Origin: Methanomicrobia archaeon | GTDB lineage: Archaea > Halobacteriota > Syntropharchaeia > Alkanophagales > Methanospirareceae | NCBI GenBank assembly: GCA_011049045.1 | Contig: DSCO01000022.1 | Coordinates: forward strand, 1,260-65,259 | Direction of reading: 5' to 3' | Length of the DNA: 64,000 nucleotides | Part shown: piece after piece, positions 20,672 through 31,216 of the stretch | How positions within the stretch are numbered: position 1 is the stretch's first letter | Layout of the letters: each line of letters begins with the position of its first letter | Position numbers and translations under genes: made by a program | The notes under the pieces: generated by a model | What the model was told of the DNA's origin: nothing | The model's database searches: none | Seen by the model: the letters and a program-made list of their open reading frames with translations, nothing else

Positions 20672-21427
20672 TCACTTTACGGGTGCCGGCGACCCGAGGA
20701 GCATGAGGAGCTGCTCACGTAACGCATTCACCTGCCAGCTCGTTCGCTTTCGCGGACGCTCGATATCAACAGCGAGTACGTCGAGGATGCGGCCCGGCCG
20801 CGAAGACAGTACCACCACGCGATCCGCGAGATAGACCGCTTCGTCCACGCTGTGGGTCACGAACAGTATCGTCTTCTTCGTCCGTTTCCAGATCTCGAGC
20901 AGCTCTACCTGGAGCAAGTTCCGGGTCTGTGCGTCCACGGAGCCGAAGGGCTCGTCCATCAGTAAGATCGCGGGCTCGGTCGCTAACGCGCGCGCGATCG
21001 CGACACGCTGCTTCATGCCGCCGGAGAGCTGGGAGGGGAAGCTGTGCTCGAAGCCCGTGAGCCCTACGAGCTCGATGTAGCGCTCTGCAGTCCTCTTTAT
21101 GTCGCGTTTGCCCTGTATCTTCAGCCCGAATTCCACATTCTTCAAGACCGTGCGCCAGGGAAAGAGCGAGAACTCCTGAAACACCATCCCCCTATCCGGC
21201 GAGGGGCCCAGCACCGGTTTTCCATCAAGAATGATCTCGCCGCTCGTCGGAGTGTCCAGACCCGCGATCATGCGCAGCAAGGTGGTTTTCCCGCAGCCTG
21301 AGGGCCCGACGATGCAGAGAAATTCGCTCGGCTTCACCTCGAGATTGATCTGCTCCAGTGCCTCGCGCGATCCGTTCTCCGCGTCAAAAGTCCGCGTTAC
21401 GTTGCGCAGTACGAGCTGATGACCCAT
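20672..21427 (-). CDS. ABC transporter ATP-binding protein (NitT/TauT type)
   Basis: [24 protein letters not shown]. Confidence 0.85.
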   Translation of the reverse strand: MGHQLVLRNVTRTFDAENGSREALEQINLEVKPSEFLCIVGPSGCGKTTLLRMIAGLDTPTSGEIILDGKPVLGPSPDRGMVFQEFSLFPWRTVLKNVEFGLKIQGKRDIKRTAERYIELVGLTGFEHSFPSQLSGGMKQRVAIARALATEPAILLMDEPFGSVDAQTRNLLQVELLEIWKRTKKTILFVTHSVDEAVYLADRVVVLSSRPGRILDVLAVDIERPRKRTSWQVNALREQLLMLLGSPAPVK

Positions 21428-21428
21428 C

Positions 21429-22208
21429 TTACTTCACTATCCCCTTCTTCCATCTGAAGAGCCGCTCCTCCACGAAGTACCTGAACATGCGGTCCAAAAC
21501 CAGTGCCAGGAGCCCCAGCACGAGCATGTATGCGATCACATAATCCATCTGGTGGAGGAAGTAAAATTTCTGGAATAGCCGGTAGCCCAGCCCGCTATCC
21601 CCCACACCGAACATCTCAGCCGCGACCACGCACATCCAGCCCACACCCATACCCACGCGGGTGCCGGTGGCGATCGAGGGAAGCGCGTAGGGCAAGGCGA
21701 CATGGCGTATCAGTTTCCTGTCCCCGATACAGCCCAGGACCATACCGGTCTCTACGAGGACACGGGGCACGTCCCGGAAGCCCGAGTAGCTGTCAATGAG
21801 GATCGGGAAGAAGGCGCCGATGAAGATGATAAAACCGGCCGCATAATCGTTCAGCCCGATCCACACGATGGCCAGCGGTATCCATGCAAGCGGTGGGATG
21901 GGCCGCACGATCTCGATAATGGGGTCCACGGCCTTGAATACCGGCCGGAACCAGCCCATCGCGATCGCCAGTGGCAGTGCCAGCGCAAAGGCTAACGTCA
22001 GCCCGATAGCGAAATGGTAGAGGCTGGTGAGCAGATCGGGAACCAGGAGATTTCGGAGCGTATAAATGGCGCTCATAACGGCTGAGAAGCGCGGTAAGAA
22101 TAACGGATCCTTGACGACGTATCCGGCGGTCACCTCCCAGAGGAGGAGAACCAGGATGAGCGGTAGCAGCGAGAGTCCGTTCTCGCGTATCACTGCCGTT
22201 AGCTTCAT
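21429..22208 (-). CDS. ABC transporter permease (NitT/TauT type)
   Basis: Multi-TM protein. Start placed at MKLTAVIRENG (22208); the longer ORF to 22439 is Arg/Gly-rich and non-protein-like. Confidence 0.75.
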   Translation of the reverse strand: MKLTAVIRENGLSLLPLILVLLLWEVTAGYVVKDPLFLPRFSAVMSAIYTLRNLLVPDLLTSLYHFAIGLTLAFALALPLAIAMGWFRPVFKAVDPIIEIVRPIPPLAWIPLAIVWIGLNDYAAGFIIFIGAFFPILIDSYSGFRDVPRVLVETGMVLGCIGDRKLIRHVALPYALPSIATGTRVGMGVGWMCVVAAEMFGVGDSGLGYRLFQKFYFLHQMDYVIAYMLVLGLLALVLDRMFRYFVEERLFRWKKGIVK

Positions 22209-22225
22209 GCTCCGTCTATCTATCT

Positions 22226-23242
22226 CTAACGAGTCAGTTCGTCGTACAAGCGGGTATCGAAGATATCGGTCTCTCCGAGCACCGTCAGTCCCATGCCCTC
22301 GTAGCGCGCCCGGTTCAAGTCGAAAATGATGTCCGCGTAGGCGAGTGTCGAGTCCACCAGGAGGTGCGGGTCGTGCGTCCAGTGCATATCGCTGACGGCC
22401 AGCGAGTCTTTGATCGTCGCCACGTTTGCTCCCATCCACTTCGCGTAGATCTCCGCAGCCTCTTCGGGATGCGCGATCTCGTAGTCCGTCGCCCGGATAT
22501 GCGTCGTGATGATCTGCGAGACGATCTCCGGATGATCGCGCAGCATCTTACCGCTCGCGACCAGGCAGCAGCAGGCGTGATCAGGCCACATCGTGCCGGA
22601 CCACTCGACGATCACGCCGTTGCCCTCTGCCACAATGATCGTCGGCGTTGGACTCGGCAGGAATACCGCATCGACCGTTCTGGCACCGATCGCCGTAGCC
22701 GCGTCGCTTGGCCCCATTGCCTTCAGATCCACTTCAGTATTTGGATCTATCCCGTTATCCAAGAGCCATCTCGAGAGCACGGTATGCTGAATTGAGCCGG
22801 GCGGGAACGTCCCGATCCTCAGTCCCCGCAGCGATTCCGGGCCGGTGTAACTGTCCGCAAGCTCGGGACGGAGCACCAGTGCGGAGCCCTGGGTCTGAAC
22901 GCCGGCGATGATCTTCGCATCCAGGCCCTCGTATATCGCTGAGATCGGCGGTGCGGCCCCGACATAGGCGAACTGGAGCTCGCCGGCGAGCATGGCGTGC
23001 ATCTCCGGAGGTCCCGACGGGAACTCCTTCAGGACAACCTTGGTGATACCGAACTGAGCCAGGTCCTCTTCCCACCAGCCCTGCTCAGCCGCAACTAACG
23101 CGGCGATCTGATGCGTGCTCGGCTGATAGCCGATCGTGATGGTCGTGAGCTCTCCAGCTCGCCGATCAAGACAGCCGAGTACCATCACCGCCATTACAAC
23201 CGCACCCAAGGCCAATAAGCATATCACAAATCTTCGTTCCAC
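22226..23242 (-). CDS. ABC transporter substrate-binding protein (nitrate/sulfonate/bicarbonate type)
   Basis: N-terminal signal/anchor ending LGC. Operon position fits. Confidence 0.65.
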   Translation of the reverse strand: MERRFVICLLALGAVVMAVMVLGCLDRRAGELTTITIGYQPSTHQIAALVAAEQGWWEEDLAQFGITKVVLKEFPSGPPEMHAMLAGELQFAYVGAAPPISAIYEGLDAKIIAGVQTQGSALVLRPELADSYTGPESLRGLRIGTFPPGSIQHTVLSRWLLDNGIDPNTEVDLKAMGPSDAATAIGARTVDAVFLPSPTPTIIVAEGNGVIVEWSGTMWPDHACCCLVASGKMLRDHPEIVSQIITTHIRATDYEIAHPEEAAEIYAKWMGANVATIKDSLAVSDMHWTHDPHLLVDSTLAYADIIFDLNRARYEGMGLTVLGETDIFDTRLYDELTR

Positions 23243-23402
23243 ATCACTTCACTCCTACTTTTTTAATCTATGCCTCACTAACTACGTTCTTGCCCTTGCT
23301 TGTTAAGTGGACGGTTGGGTATTAAAAGCATTACTTTTTTGGGTACAAATCTACCCGTTTGTAGAATTAACCAGTAACGGTCGCCGTACCTGCGGGTGGA
23401 AA

Positions 23403-24542
23403 TTACCTTAAACGGCACGACTGACTGAGCGCGGCCATGAAGCGCCGCTTCAGCGCCGGGGCCCCTAAGGGGATGTTTCCGACGTCGGCATTGCCGGGCT
23501 TAACGGTAACGTGGAGAAATCGCGGACCTCGAGTTTCGTATACCCCCTCCAGCAGGGATCGCAACTCTGCTTCTGTCGTTGCCCGCTGGACCGTCTCGAT
23601 GCCCGCGCTGAACGCCATCAGGTCCATATCCATGTACGGTGCAGGTTGGTCGCCGGTGCTACCCCAGGTGCCATTATCCAGACACACAACGGTCAGATTC
23701 TCCAGCCGCAACTCGGCGATGAGCGGCAAAATGGTGCTCATCTGGAGACTGCCATTGCCATCCAGCACCAGCGTCTCCCGTCGTGTCTTCAACGCGACAC
23801 CCAGCCCGATCGGAGAGGCCTGGCCCAGGCTGCCGAGCATGTAAAAATGCAACTCGCGATCTTTAGCAGCATACAGCTCCTTGCTCGGCACGCCTATGTT
23901 CGCAATCACCGCTTCTTCGCGCAGATACTCGGTGATTATGCGTATCGCCCCGTATCTGCTCAGCTCAGGCCTTCTCCGGTCGCGGGTATACTTAAGGACG
24001 CACGGCTTATCGTATTGCGGAACGGTAGTTACCGGTATCCGTTCATCAGGGTCCCAGGTCCGCGGCGAGATGAGCGCGATATGCGGGCGTTCATTCTCGA
24101 ACGCGTCTTGAATAACAGCCTCTACTGATCCCAGCTGTGTGGCATCCTCTATGATCGTGTGTTTCAGATCCAGCGCAGCCAATAGTTTCGGCAGTGCAGT
24201 TCCCAGGGGAACCTGCGCCTCGATGCGCTCGTTGTACACACCGCGCCAGCTGGCCAGTATCGGTAACGGCAGCTCATACGTAACCGTGAGCGACATGAGG
24301 GCATTGAGTACTGTACCCAGGCCCGTGCTCTGGATGATCATGAGCGGCTTGCCACCTGCGAGATACGCGCCTGCCGAGATCCCAACGCCGTTCTCTTCAC
24401 GGTTCAAGCCGACATGGCAGAGTGCTTGATCGTGCGCTACAAGCTGCAAAAGCGCACTGAATTTCTCACAGGGCAGCGTCGAGACCACGTCTATCTTGTT
24501 CCGCTTCACTATCTCCAGGACGGCGCGTGCGGGTTCGGGCAT
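23403..24542 (-). CDS. comDE: fused sulfopyruvate decarboxylase (ComD-ComE), TPP-dependent
   Basis: 379 aa with two TPP-enzyme halves (N-terminal IDVVSTLPC..., C-terminal GSLGQASPIGLG...DGNGS). Adjacent to the cysteate synthase-like gene. Phosphonopyruvate decarboxylase cannot be excluded by eye. Confidence 0.65.
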   Translation of the reverse strand: MPEPARAVLEIVKRNKIDVVSTLPCEKFSALLQLVAHDQALCHVGLNREENGVGISAGAYLAGGKPLMIIQSTGLGTVLNALMSLTVTYELPLPILASWRGVYNERIEAQVPLGTALPKLLAALDLKHTIIEDATQLGSVEAVIQDAFENERPHIALISPRTWDPDERIPVTTVPQYDKPCVLKYTRDRRRPELSRYGAIRIITEYLREEAVIANIGVPSKELYAAKDRELHFYMLGSLGQASPIGLGVALKTRRETLVLDGNGSLQMSTILPLIAELRLENLTVVCLDNGTWGSTGDQPAPYMDMDLMAFSAGIETVQRATTEAELRSLLEGVYETRGPRFLHVTVKPGNADVGNIPLGAPALKRRFMAALSQSCRLR

Positions 24543-24678
24543 GGGTGCTCTTAGCGGTAATGAAACCTATAAGCGTCACTGCTATTGAGGCTTATGGCGG
24601 TAGTAGTAGGTATCCTGAATTCGAGTGCGCTTAGCTTTTCCTGGCATGTACGACGCTGCGAGCGAAGGGTGTTATGTT

Positions 24679-25962
24679 CTACAAAGCCCGAACAAACTCC
24701 CGGAGCTCTCTTTCTACGTCATCCAACCTCCATTCAGCGGGCTGGAGCGCCATCCGCTTTTCTATGTGATAGAGCGTGCAATCCTGCTTCACCCGTTTAT
24801 AGCCGCCGCCGGTGATATTCAGCAAAATCCTGTCCTCCCGCTTGACCACACCCTCCGCAACAGCTTTCAGTAAGGATGCAACCGCCACGGCTGCTGCAGG
24901 ATCCAGATCGATCCCCTCCTCAGCCTCGAATAACCGTTCCGCTTCCCGTGCCTCGGCGTTCGTTATTCCGTACGTCATCCCCGCAGTGTTCGAGAGCATA
25001 TCATACACGCCACCGGTAATGGCATACGGCGGATTCCGCGTGGAGAGCACGTCCGCGTACAGCTGCCGAATCGCCTGCTCGGCATCTTTCATATCCAGTT
25101 CCGCGATGAGCTCCGCTCGACCAGCCTGCCAGGCACTGACCATAGGCGCGAACGGGAGATTCTGCGCGATCACGATCCTCGGCATTCGCGCACCAAAGCG
25201 GCCATCTACAATCAGCCGGTCGAACGCTTCCCACGCGGCGATCGCGCCCGCGCCACTGCCCACCGCCTGGAAATAAAACGCTGGCAGACCGCGCATCGCG
25301 AATGCGGCTTCGAGCTCGACCACGCCCATGCCGTCCCTTCGCGCTACGTTCTTCACACCGCCCTCCTCGACGAGTCCCTCCAACTTCGCTAGCTGCTTGC
25401 CGACGGCAATGGCATCTGAGTAATCGCCGTCCACCGCGATCAGGAAGATGTGCGCGTGGTTTCCTGTGGTCGTCCACATCCGCGTGAGGGAACTGCTTGG
25501 GACGACTGCGAGCACGGGCATGCCCGTTGCAGAAGAGACCGCAGCAAATGCTCGTGATGTATTCCCGGCTGAGGCCACAGTCACGATCTTCCCGCCCGCG
25601 CGCTCTTTCACACGCTGTACCGTCGGCAGCGCCTCCAACTCCTTGAACGTGCAGGTCTTCAGGTACGCCCCGCGCTCAGGCCAGTAGCCGCTGAAACTGA
25701 TATATAACTCGTTCAAGCCGAGCTCCTGTCCGAAGGCCCCGCTTTTGTACGTAATCGGACTCGCATTCGTCGGTACCGCCTCGTCCACGGGCAGCCAGTC
25801 GATATAGTTGAACATCCCCAGCCCGGACCGTTTACGTATCTGCTTCCTGCGGTAAACCGTACGTAACAGCGACTCGTGACCTTCCGGGCACGTATTCGTA
25901 TAGCGATCCACAACGACTTCGCCACCTGCCACACATTTCAACTGATATTTCTCTGCTTCCAT
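24679..25962 (-). CDS. threonine synthase homolog, probable cysteate synthase
   Basis: 427-aa PLP-fold protein with an N-terminal Cys-containing extension. Lies next to comDE, as in the Methanosarcinales CoM cluster. Confidence 0.55.
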   Translation of the reverse strand: MEAEKYQLKCVAGGEVVVDRYTNTCPEGHESLLRTVYRRKQIRKRSGLGMFNYIDWLPVDEAVPTNASPITYKSGAFGQELGLNELYISFSGYWPERGAYLKTCTFKELEALPTVQRVKERAGGKIVTVASAGNTSRAFAAVSSATGMPVLAVVPSSSLTRMWTTTGNHAHIFLIAVDGDYSDAIAVGKQLAKLEGLVEEGGVKNVARRDGMGVVELEAAFAMRGLPAFYFQAVGSGAGAIAAWEAFDRLIVDGRFGARMPRIVIAQNLPFAPMVSAWQAGRAELIAELDMKDAEQAIRQLYADVLSTRNPPYAITGGVYDMLSNTAGMTYGITNAEAREAERLFEAEEGIDLDPAAAVAVASLLKAVAEGVVKREDRILLNITGGGYKRVKQDCTLYHIEKRMALQPAEWRLDDVERELREFVRAL

Positions 25963-25974
25963 GTTCAGTTCATG

Positions 25975-27252
25975 TCACCTCGATTCGCAGTAACTACCCG
26001 GTAAGCGTGCCACCGGTTCAGTAAGCGTGAACGTCCCGTCAGTGATCTTTTGCTTCAGCAATACGGCCAATTTTACCGCCCGTTTTCGGTCCGACTGCCG
26101 CAAGGTAACGGGAATCTCCTTTCCAGCAACGGTAACAACGCCGAGATGACCGCGAAAAGCGCCCCCGGCGCATAGTTGCACGCATGCACCGCAGTTGCAA
26201 CAGACCCCCTCGTCTCGTTCTTTCGTCCGGGCATCAAACGCCTCGGTCGGGCACCGGTTCGCGACCTCGCACTGATCGCATTCGAGACAGCGCGATCGCT
26301 CGAACCGCACGGAACGGTCACGCCAGACGTCCGCATAGGTTATCTTACCGACCGGCAGTCTTGTGTGAACGTCCAGGACGTCAAGCGGTATCGCCTCATC
26401 GAGCGTCTTTACCCTCTCCAGCAGCTGCGGGTTCACGATCGGAATGGGCACGGCCCATGCGGTCCTTATCTCCGGCCCCGCGGCAGTGCGAAAGCCGCCG
26501 AGGTACTCAGGCAGCATCCCGTGCATATCCGCACTACCCATCAAATTCGGCTTCGCCGCAGTACTCCGGGTACCCTGACCGAGAACAAAACCCTCTGCAC
26601 CGTTCATCAAGATCTTCGTGCCCATACCGATGGTCTCCATGAGCGGATCCTTCTCCAGCGGGTTCAACTCGCCACAGCCCGAGAACGTCAGCTCTCGGAA
26701 CGGCCCTTTCAAGGCGCGCACTGAGAATATCGAAGCGACGGCGTCCGCCTGTGCATTGACAAATGCGAAATAGTTCTTAAAGGCATTCCGCGTGCTGCAG
26801 AGTCGTGCAACCGGTATTTGAGCAAGATCCGTTCTCGTTTCGAGCGTCCGGCCATCTGCGGTCTCTACCACAACCGCTATCTCCTCCTGTGCAACCAGTG
26901 CTCGGAACAGATGCCCACCACCGTAGCTGCTATCCCTTCGAGACGTCCCGTAGACGATAAGGTCAACGATACCAAGCCGTTCGTTGGGGCAAGGCCCGAC
27001 AAAGGCCGGTACACCATTCAGGGTAACCGTTGTGGCACGCTCGAATTCGCCGTGTGCTGCAACGGGGATCGAAAGAACCGCATACGTCCCGCTCATGACG
27101 CCACAGGTGGCCGAGGTAACAACGTCAACATCTTCGAACCGTATCTCCTCACCGCTCCGCACACGGCTGCAGAGCTCCTCAGCGGTCATCACGACCGCTT
27201 TGTCACGCTTTAGGTTCTCCCGTATTTCCGCTAGTGTCCTTCGCTTCTCCAT
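25975..27252 (-). CDS. DUF39 (COG1900) sulfur-insertion family protein with C-terminal 2x[4Fe-4S] ferredoxin domain
   Basis: C-terminal CLECDQCEVANRCP and CCNCGACVQLCAG motifs. Start placed at MEKRRTLAEIREN (27252). Confidence 0.6.
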   Translation of the reverse strand: MEKRRTLAEIRENLKRDKAVVMTAEELCSRVRSGEEIRFEDVDVVTSATCGVMSGTYAVLSIPVAAHGEFERATTVTLNGVPAFVGPCPNERLGIVDLIVYGTSRRDSSYGGGHLFRALVAQEEIAVVVETADGRTLETRTDLAQIPVARLCSTRNAFKNYFAFVNAQADAVASIFSVRALKGPFRELTFSGCGELNPLEKDPLMETIGMGTKILMNGAEGFVLGQGTRSTAAKPNLMGSADMHGMLPEYLGGFRTAAGPEIRTAWAVPIPIVNPQLLERVKTLDEAIPLDVLDVHTRLPVGKITYADVWRDRSVRFERSRCLECDQCEVANRCPTEAFDARTKERDEGVCCNCGACVQLCAGGAFRGHLGVVTVAGKEIPVTLRQSDRKRAVKLAVLLKQKITDGTFTLTEPVARLPGSYCESR

Positions 27253-27449
27253 ACGATCGTTTTTGGTCTGCGCCCGTTGTGCGCTCACCGTATATGCTAT
27301 TGCACCCGTCGCGCTAAAAATCACCGTGCGGCAGGCACGAGCGTACCGGCACCCGCGCGTTATCGTTTCGGACACGCAAATGCCCAGTTGTATCGTATCG
27401 TGGCAAGGATAGATATACGTGTGCCGTCAAGTTATACTATACGGCAGAC

Positions 27450-27980
27450 ATGACCGCTGCAGATGAGCTGCTTACCGAGCTCTTTGTCCAGGATCAGGCA
27501 CTCTCTACCGCATTGACCAGGGCGATCAAGCAGAAGCTGGGCCTGAGCGTCGGCGAATTCAGTGCGCACTCAGGCATTCCGGCCAGCACGCTCTACAAGA
27601 TCCTCTCCGGTGCGCGTGATCCGAACTTGCGTACCTTCCGCAGGATCCTGAACACGATCAGAGCGATCGAGGGCGTAGAAGCGAAGACGAAGCAGAAATT
27701 CATCGCGATCGTGGGTACCCGGAGCGTCCTGGACGAGATCGAGCAGATGAGCATCTCGGTGGACACCCGGACCATTGATATCAAGGAGTACGCTGTCACG
27801 GGCATCGAGGAGGCGATCATCAGTGCGATCCAGGCGGAACGCGACGGTGCGGCCGCGCTGGTCTGCGCACCGATCGTGAGCTCCACGATCGAGAAAGTGC
27901 TGACCATACCCGTGGCCACGATCAGGCCGAAATCCAGTATCACGCGTGCGCTCGAGCTGGTAGCGCGGAAGATCAGTTGA
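27450..27980 (+). CDS. XRE-type HTH transcriptional regulator with C-terminal domain
   Basis: LSVGEFSAHSGIPASTLYKILSGARDPNLRTFRRIL HTH region. Confidence 0.55.
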   Translation: MTAADELLTELFVQDQALSTALTRAIKQKLGLSVGEFSAHSGIPASTLYKILSGARDPNLRTFRRILNTIRAIEGVEAKTKQKFIAIVGTRSVLDEIEQMSISVDTRTIDIKEYAVTGIEEAIISAIQAERDGAAALVCAPIVSSTIEKVLTIPVATIRPKSSITRALELVARKIS

Positions 27981-28006
27981 CCGCGACGAACGGTGGTTGT
28001 ACTCCG

Positions 28007-28663
28007 TCACTCCAACTTTTTCCGCTCACCCGTCACCATATAAATGATGCGCGAAGCGATATTGCAGGCATGGTCCGCGATCCGCTCCTGGTGCAGTGCG
28101 ATGAAGATCAGATGGCTCGCGCTCGTTATCGCACGCGGGTTCTCGATCATGATCGCGACCAGCTCGCGCCGTATCTGACCAAAGAGCCCGTCGACCAGGT
28201 CATCGCGTTCCGAGAAATCCTGTAACTGCTCGATCTTCTGCGTTTCGAATGCCGCGAGGCAATCGGTGAGCATGCCCTGCGTGATCTCAGAGATCCGCGG
28301 GATATCGATCAGCGGTTTCGCATACGGCTCATCCGCGATTTGTACGACGATCTCGGCGATATCGCCCGCGAGGTCGCTGATCCGATCTAAGTCCGTGATG
28401 ATCTTCAGGCAGGTACCGATCAGTCTGAGATCACCAGCCATGGGCTGCTGCAGCGCCAGCAGCCGCATACACTGATTCTCAATCTCAAATTCTATTTTAT
28501 CAATGACGCTGTTCGCTTCGAGCAGGTTCGATGCCAGGGTCTTATCATGGTTGACCAGCGCGGCGATCGCGTTCTTTGCTGCGATCTGCGAGAGCTCGCC
28601 CATCTTGAGCGTATCTTTTTTGAGCTTCTCCAACGCATCCAGATACTCCTTTCTGACTTTCAT
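28007..28663 (-). CDS. phoU: phosphate uptake regulator PhoU
   Basis: 218-aa all-helical protein with duplicated PhoU repeats, last gene of the pst operon. Confidence 0.85.
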   Translation of the reverse strand: MKVRKEYLDALEKLKKDTLKMGELSQIAAKNAIAALVNHDKTLASNLLEANSVIDKIEFEIENQCMRLLALQQPMAGDLRLIGTCLKIITDLDRISDLAGDIAEIVVQIADEPYAKPLIDIPRISEITQGMLTDCLAAFETQKIEQLQDFSERDDLVDGLFGQIRRELVAIMIENPRAITSASHLIFIALHQERIADHACNIASRIIYMVTGERKKLE

Positions 28664-28671
28664 CTATCTAT

Positions 28672-29421
28672 CTAGCCATACCTCCCGGTAATATAATCCT
28701 CAGTGCGCTTATCATCCGGCCGCTCGAAGATCCGCGAGGTCTTTCCGCACTCGAGCAGCTCGCCCATATAGAAGAACGCGGTGTAATCAGAGACACGAGC
28801 GGCCTGCTGCATGTTGTGCGTGACGATCACAATGGTATATTCTTGCTTCAATTCTTGCAAGAGCTCTTCGATACGCGCGGTCGAGATCGGATCCAGAGCC
28901 GAGCAGGGCTCGTCCAGGAGGATGATCTCGGGGTTGACCGCCAGGGCGCGTGCGATACAGAGCCGCTGCTGCTGCCCGCCGGAGAAGCCCAATGCGTTCT
29001 CGTCCAACCGATCCGCGACCTCGTCCCAGAGCGCAGCCTTCTTCAGGCTCTCCTCCACCACGCTGTCCATGTTCCTCTTCTGGCCGTGGATCCGCGGGCC
29101 GTAGGCGATATTATCGTAGATGCTCATCGGAAACGGGTTGGGCTGCTGGAAGACCATGCCCACCTTCTTCCGCAACTGGATCACATCCTCCTTCGGATCA
29201 TAGATGTTCCGCCCGTCGACGAGGACCTTGCCCGTCGTCTTCGCGCCTTTCAGCTCGTTCATACGGTTCAGTGCTCTGAGGAACGTGGTCTTACCACAGC
29301 CCGAGGGGCCGATGAGCGCGGTGATCATGTTCGCCTCGATCTTCATCTGCACGTTCTTCAAACCGTGCACTGAGCCGTTCCGATAATAGACATTCAGGTC
29401 GATCGTCTCGATTTTGCTCAT
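28672..29421 (-). CDS. pstB: phosphate ABC transporter ATP-binding protein
   Basis: [23 protein letters not shown] and a typical PstB N-terminus. Confidence 0.9.
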   Translation of the reverse strand: MSKIETIDLNVYYRNGSVHGLKNVQMKIEANMITALIGPSGCGKTTFLRALNRMNELKGAKTTGKVLVDGRNIYDPKEDVIQLRKKVGMVFQQPNPFPMSIYDNIAYGPRIHGQKRNMDSVVEESLKKAALWDEVADRLDENALGFSGGQQQRLCIARALAVNPEIILLDEPCSALDPISTARIEELLQELKQEYTIVIVTHNMQQAARVSDYTAFFYMGELLECGKTSRIFERPDDKRTEDYITGRYG

Positions 29422-29455
29422 TTCTCCCTTCTTCTTTTCCGTTCTTGCCTTCCTT

Positions 29456-30307
29456 CTACCTCCCCCCGCCCATCTTCTTCACGTACCGGTTCCTGAGCAC
29501 GAGCGCAAAGACACTGATCGCTAAAAAGAGCGCGATGAGCACGAGTGAGGCGCCGAATGCGCGCGAGAGCGCTTCCGACGTATGGCCCTGGGTGGCCAGC
29601 ATGTAGACATACACGGGTAGCGAGGCCACGGGATCGCGTAACGACCGGGGGAGGAATGATTCCAGGCCCGAGCCCGCGGTTAAGAGCACGACCGCAGTCT
29701 CCCCGATCGCCTTGCCCATGCCCAGGAGTATCCCCGTGATGATCCCGGGGTATGCGCTCTTCAGGACAACATGCCAAATGGTCTTCCATTTCGTCACGCC
29801 GAGCGCCAGTGACGCTTCTCGATACGCCTGCGGCACGGTCTTTATCGCTTCTTCGCTCGCGCGCACCGTCCACGGCAGGATCATGAACCCGAGTGCCAGC
29901 CCGCCGGCGAGCAGGGAAACGCCGATGCCCAGGTAGTAGACGAGGAACGCCAGCCCGAAGAGCCCGATCACGATAGAGGGTACACCGGCCAGGCATTCCA
30001 CAAAGAAGCGCACGCTGCTGGTGATCATGTTGTCAGGTGCGTACTCCGCGAGGTAGATCGCGGACGCTAAGCCCAGGGGTACGGCAAAGAGGAGGCAGAC
30101 CCCGACCAGGCAGAGTGAGCCGATGATCTGGGGAAAGATGCCGCCGTATTCAAACCGGTAAGGAGCTTCACGCAAGAACTCGGGACTGATTGCCCCGATC
30201 CCATTGAGGAAGATATAGAGCACGACGATGAAGAGCACGAAGACGGAGATAAGCGCCGTTGCGCTCAATCCGGCCTTCACCAGTTTTTCTTCCGTTTCTA
30301 TTCTCAT
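29456..30307 (-). CDS. pstA: phosphate ABC transporter permease PstA
   Basis: Multi-TM permease. Start at MRIETEEKL (30307) overlaps the pstC stop. Confidence 0.85.
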   Translation of the reverse strand: MRIETEEKLVKAGLSATALISVFVLFIVVLYIFLNGIGAISPEFLREAPYRFEYGGIFPQIIGSLCLVGVCLLFAVPLGLASAIYLAEYAPDNMITSSVRFFVECLAGVPSIVIGLFGLAFLVYYLGIGVSLLAGGLALGFMILPWTVRASEEAIKTVPQAYREASLALGVTKWKTIWHVVLKSAYPGIITGILLGMGKAIGETAVVLLTAGSGLESFLPRSLRDPVASLPVYVYMLATQGHTSEALSRAFGASLVLIALFLAISVFALVLRNRYVKKMGGGR

Positions 30308-31215
30308 CTGGTCTTCCTCATACCTTTCCGGATGATCGCGGTGGTGATCAGATTGAGGATCGCGACGATGAAGAAGAGGACCGCGCCGAGCGCGAAGAGC
30401 GCATGCTGGTGCATCGAACCCCAATCAACATAGGCATGCTCGATCACGATCGTAGAGGTGAGCACGCGCACCGAGTCCAGCACGCTCGTGGGTATACCGG
30501 GGATATTCGGGTTACCGATCACCATGAGGACCGCCATGGTCTCGCCGATCGCGTTCCCCATGCCGAGCATCAGTGAGGCCAGGATGCCGGACTTCGCATG
30601 GGGCAGGATCACCTTTCTGATGGTCTGTAATTGGGTCGCGCCGAGCCCGAGCGAAGCTTCCTTATAAGCCTTCGGCACTGCACGGATCGCGTCCTCAGAG
30701 ATGCTGATAACGTGTGGGAGCGTCATCACCGCGAGGATCAACCAACCCGCGAGGATACACTCGCCGTAGCCTCCGAGGTTGTCCCTGATCGCGACCACGA
30801 GCACCATCAAGCCGAAGAACCCGAGCACGATCGAGGGTATGCCCACCAGCATCTCGACGCTCGGCTTGATGATATTCCGCATCCATTCAGGCGCGAATTC
30901 CGCCAGATAGATCGCGGTCGGTATCCCGATAAGCGCGGCGATGCCCAGAGCGCCGATACCCACGATGAAGGTGCTCACCACCGTCGGCACGATCCCAAAG
31001 AGGCCACGGGAAGGCCACCAGGTCATCCCGAAGAAGAACTCGGTGCCCAGCGCGAGGGCCGGAAAGCCCTCCTTAAAGATAAAAAAGATGATAAAAAGCA
31101 CGATAAGGATAGAAGAGAGCGCGCAGGCGAAGAGCACTTTCTCGATTAGCCACTCGAGCGCGCTCCCGTTGAGCGTCATAAATCTCCTGCGCGGGATCTG
31201 CTCCTGCGCACCCAT
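30304..31215 (-). CDS. pstC: phosphate ABC transporter permease PstC
   Basis: Multi-TM permease. ATG at 31215 lies 1 nt after the upstream stop; an alternative ATG is at 31179. Confidence 0.85.
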   Translation of the reverse strand: MGAQEQIPRRRFMTLNGSALEWLIEKVLFACALSSILIVLFIIFFIFKEGFPALALGTEFFFGMTWWPSRGLFGIVPTVVSTFIVGIGALGIAALIGIPTAIYLAEFAPEWMRNIIKPSVEMLVGIPSIVLGFFGLMVLVVAIRDNLGGYGECILAGWLILAVMTLPHVISISEDAIRAVPKAYKEASLGLGATQLQTIRKVILPHAKSGILASLMLGMGNAIGETMAVLMVIGNPNIPGIPTSVLDSVRVLTSTIVIEHAYVDWGSMHQHALFALGAVLFFIVAILNLITTAIIRKGMRKTR

Positions 31216-31216
31216 C

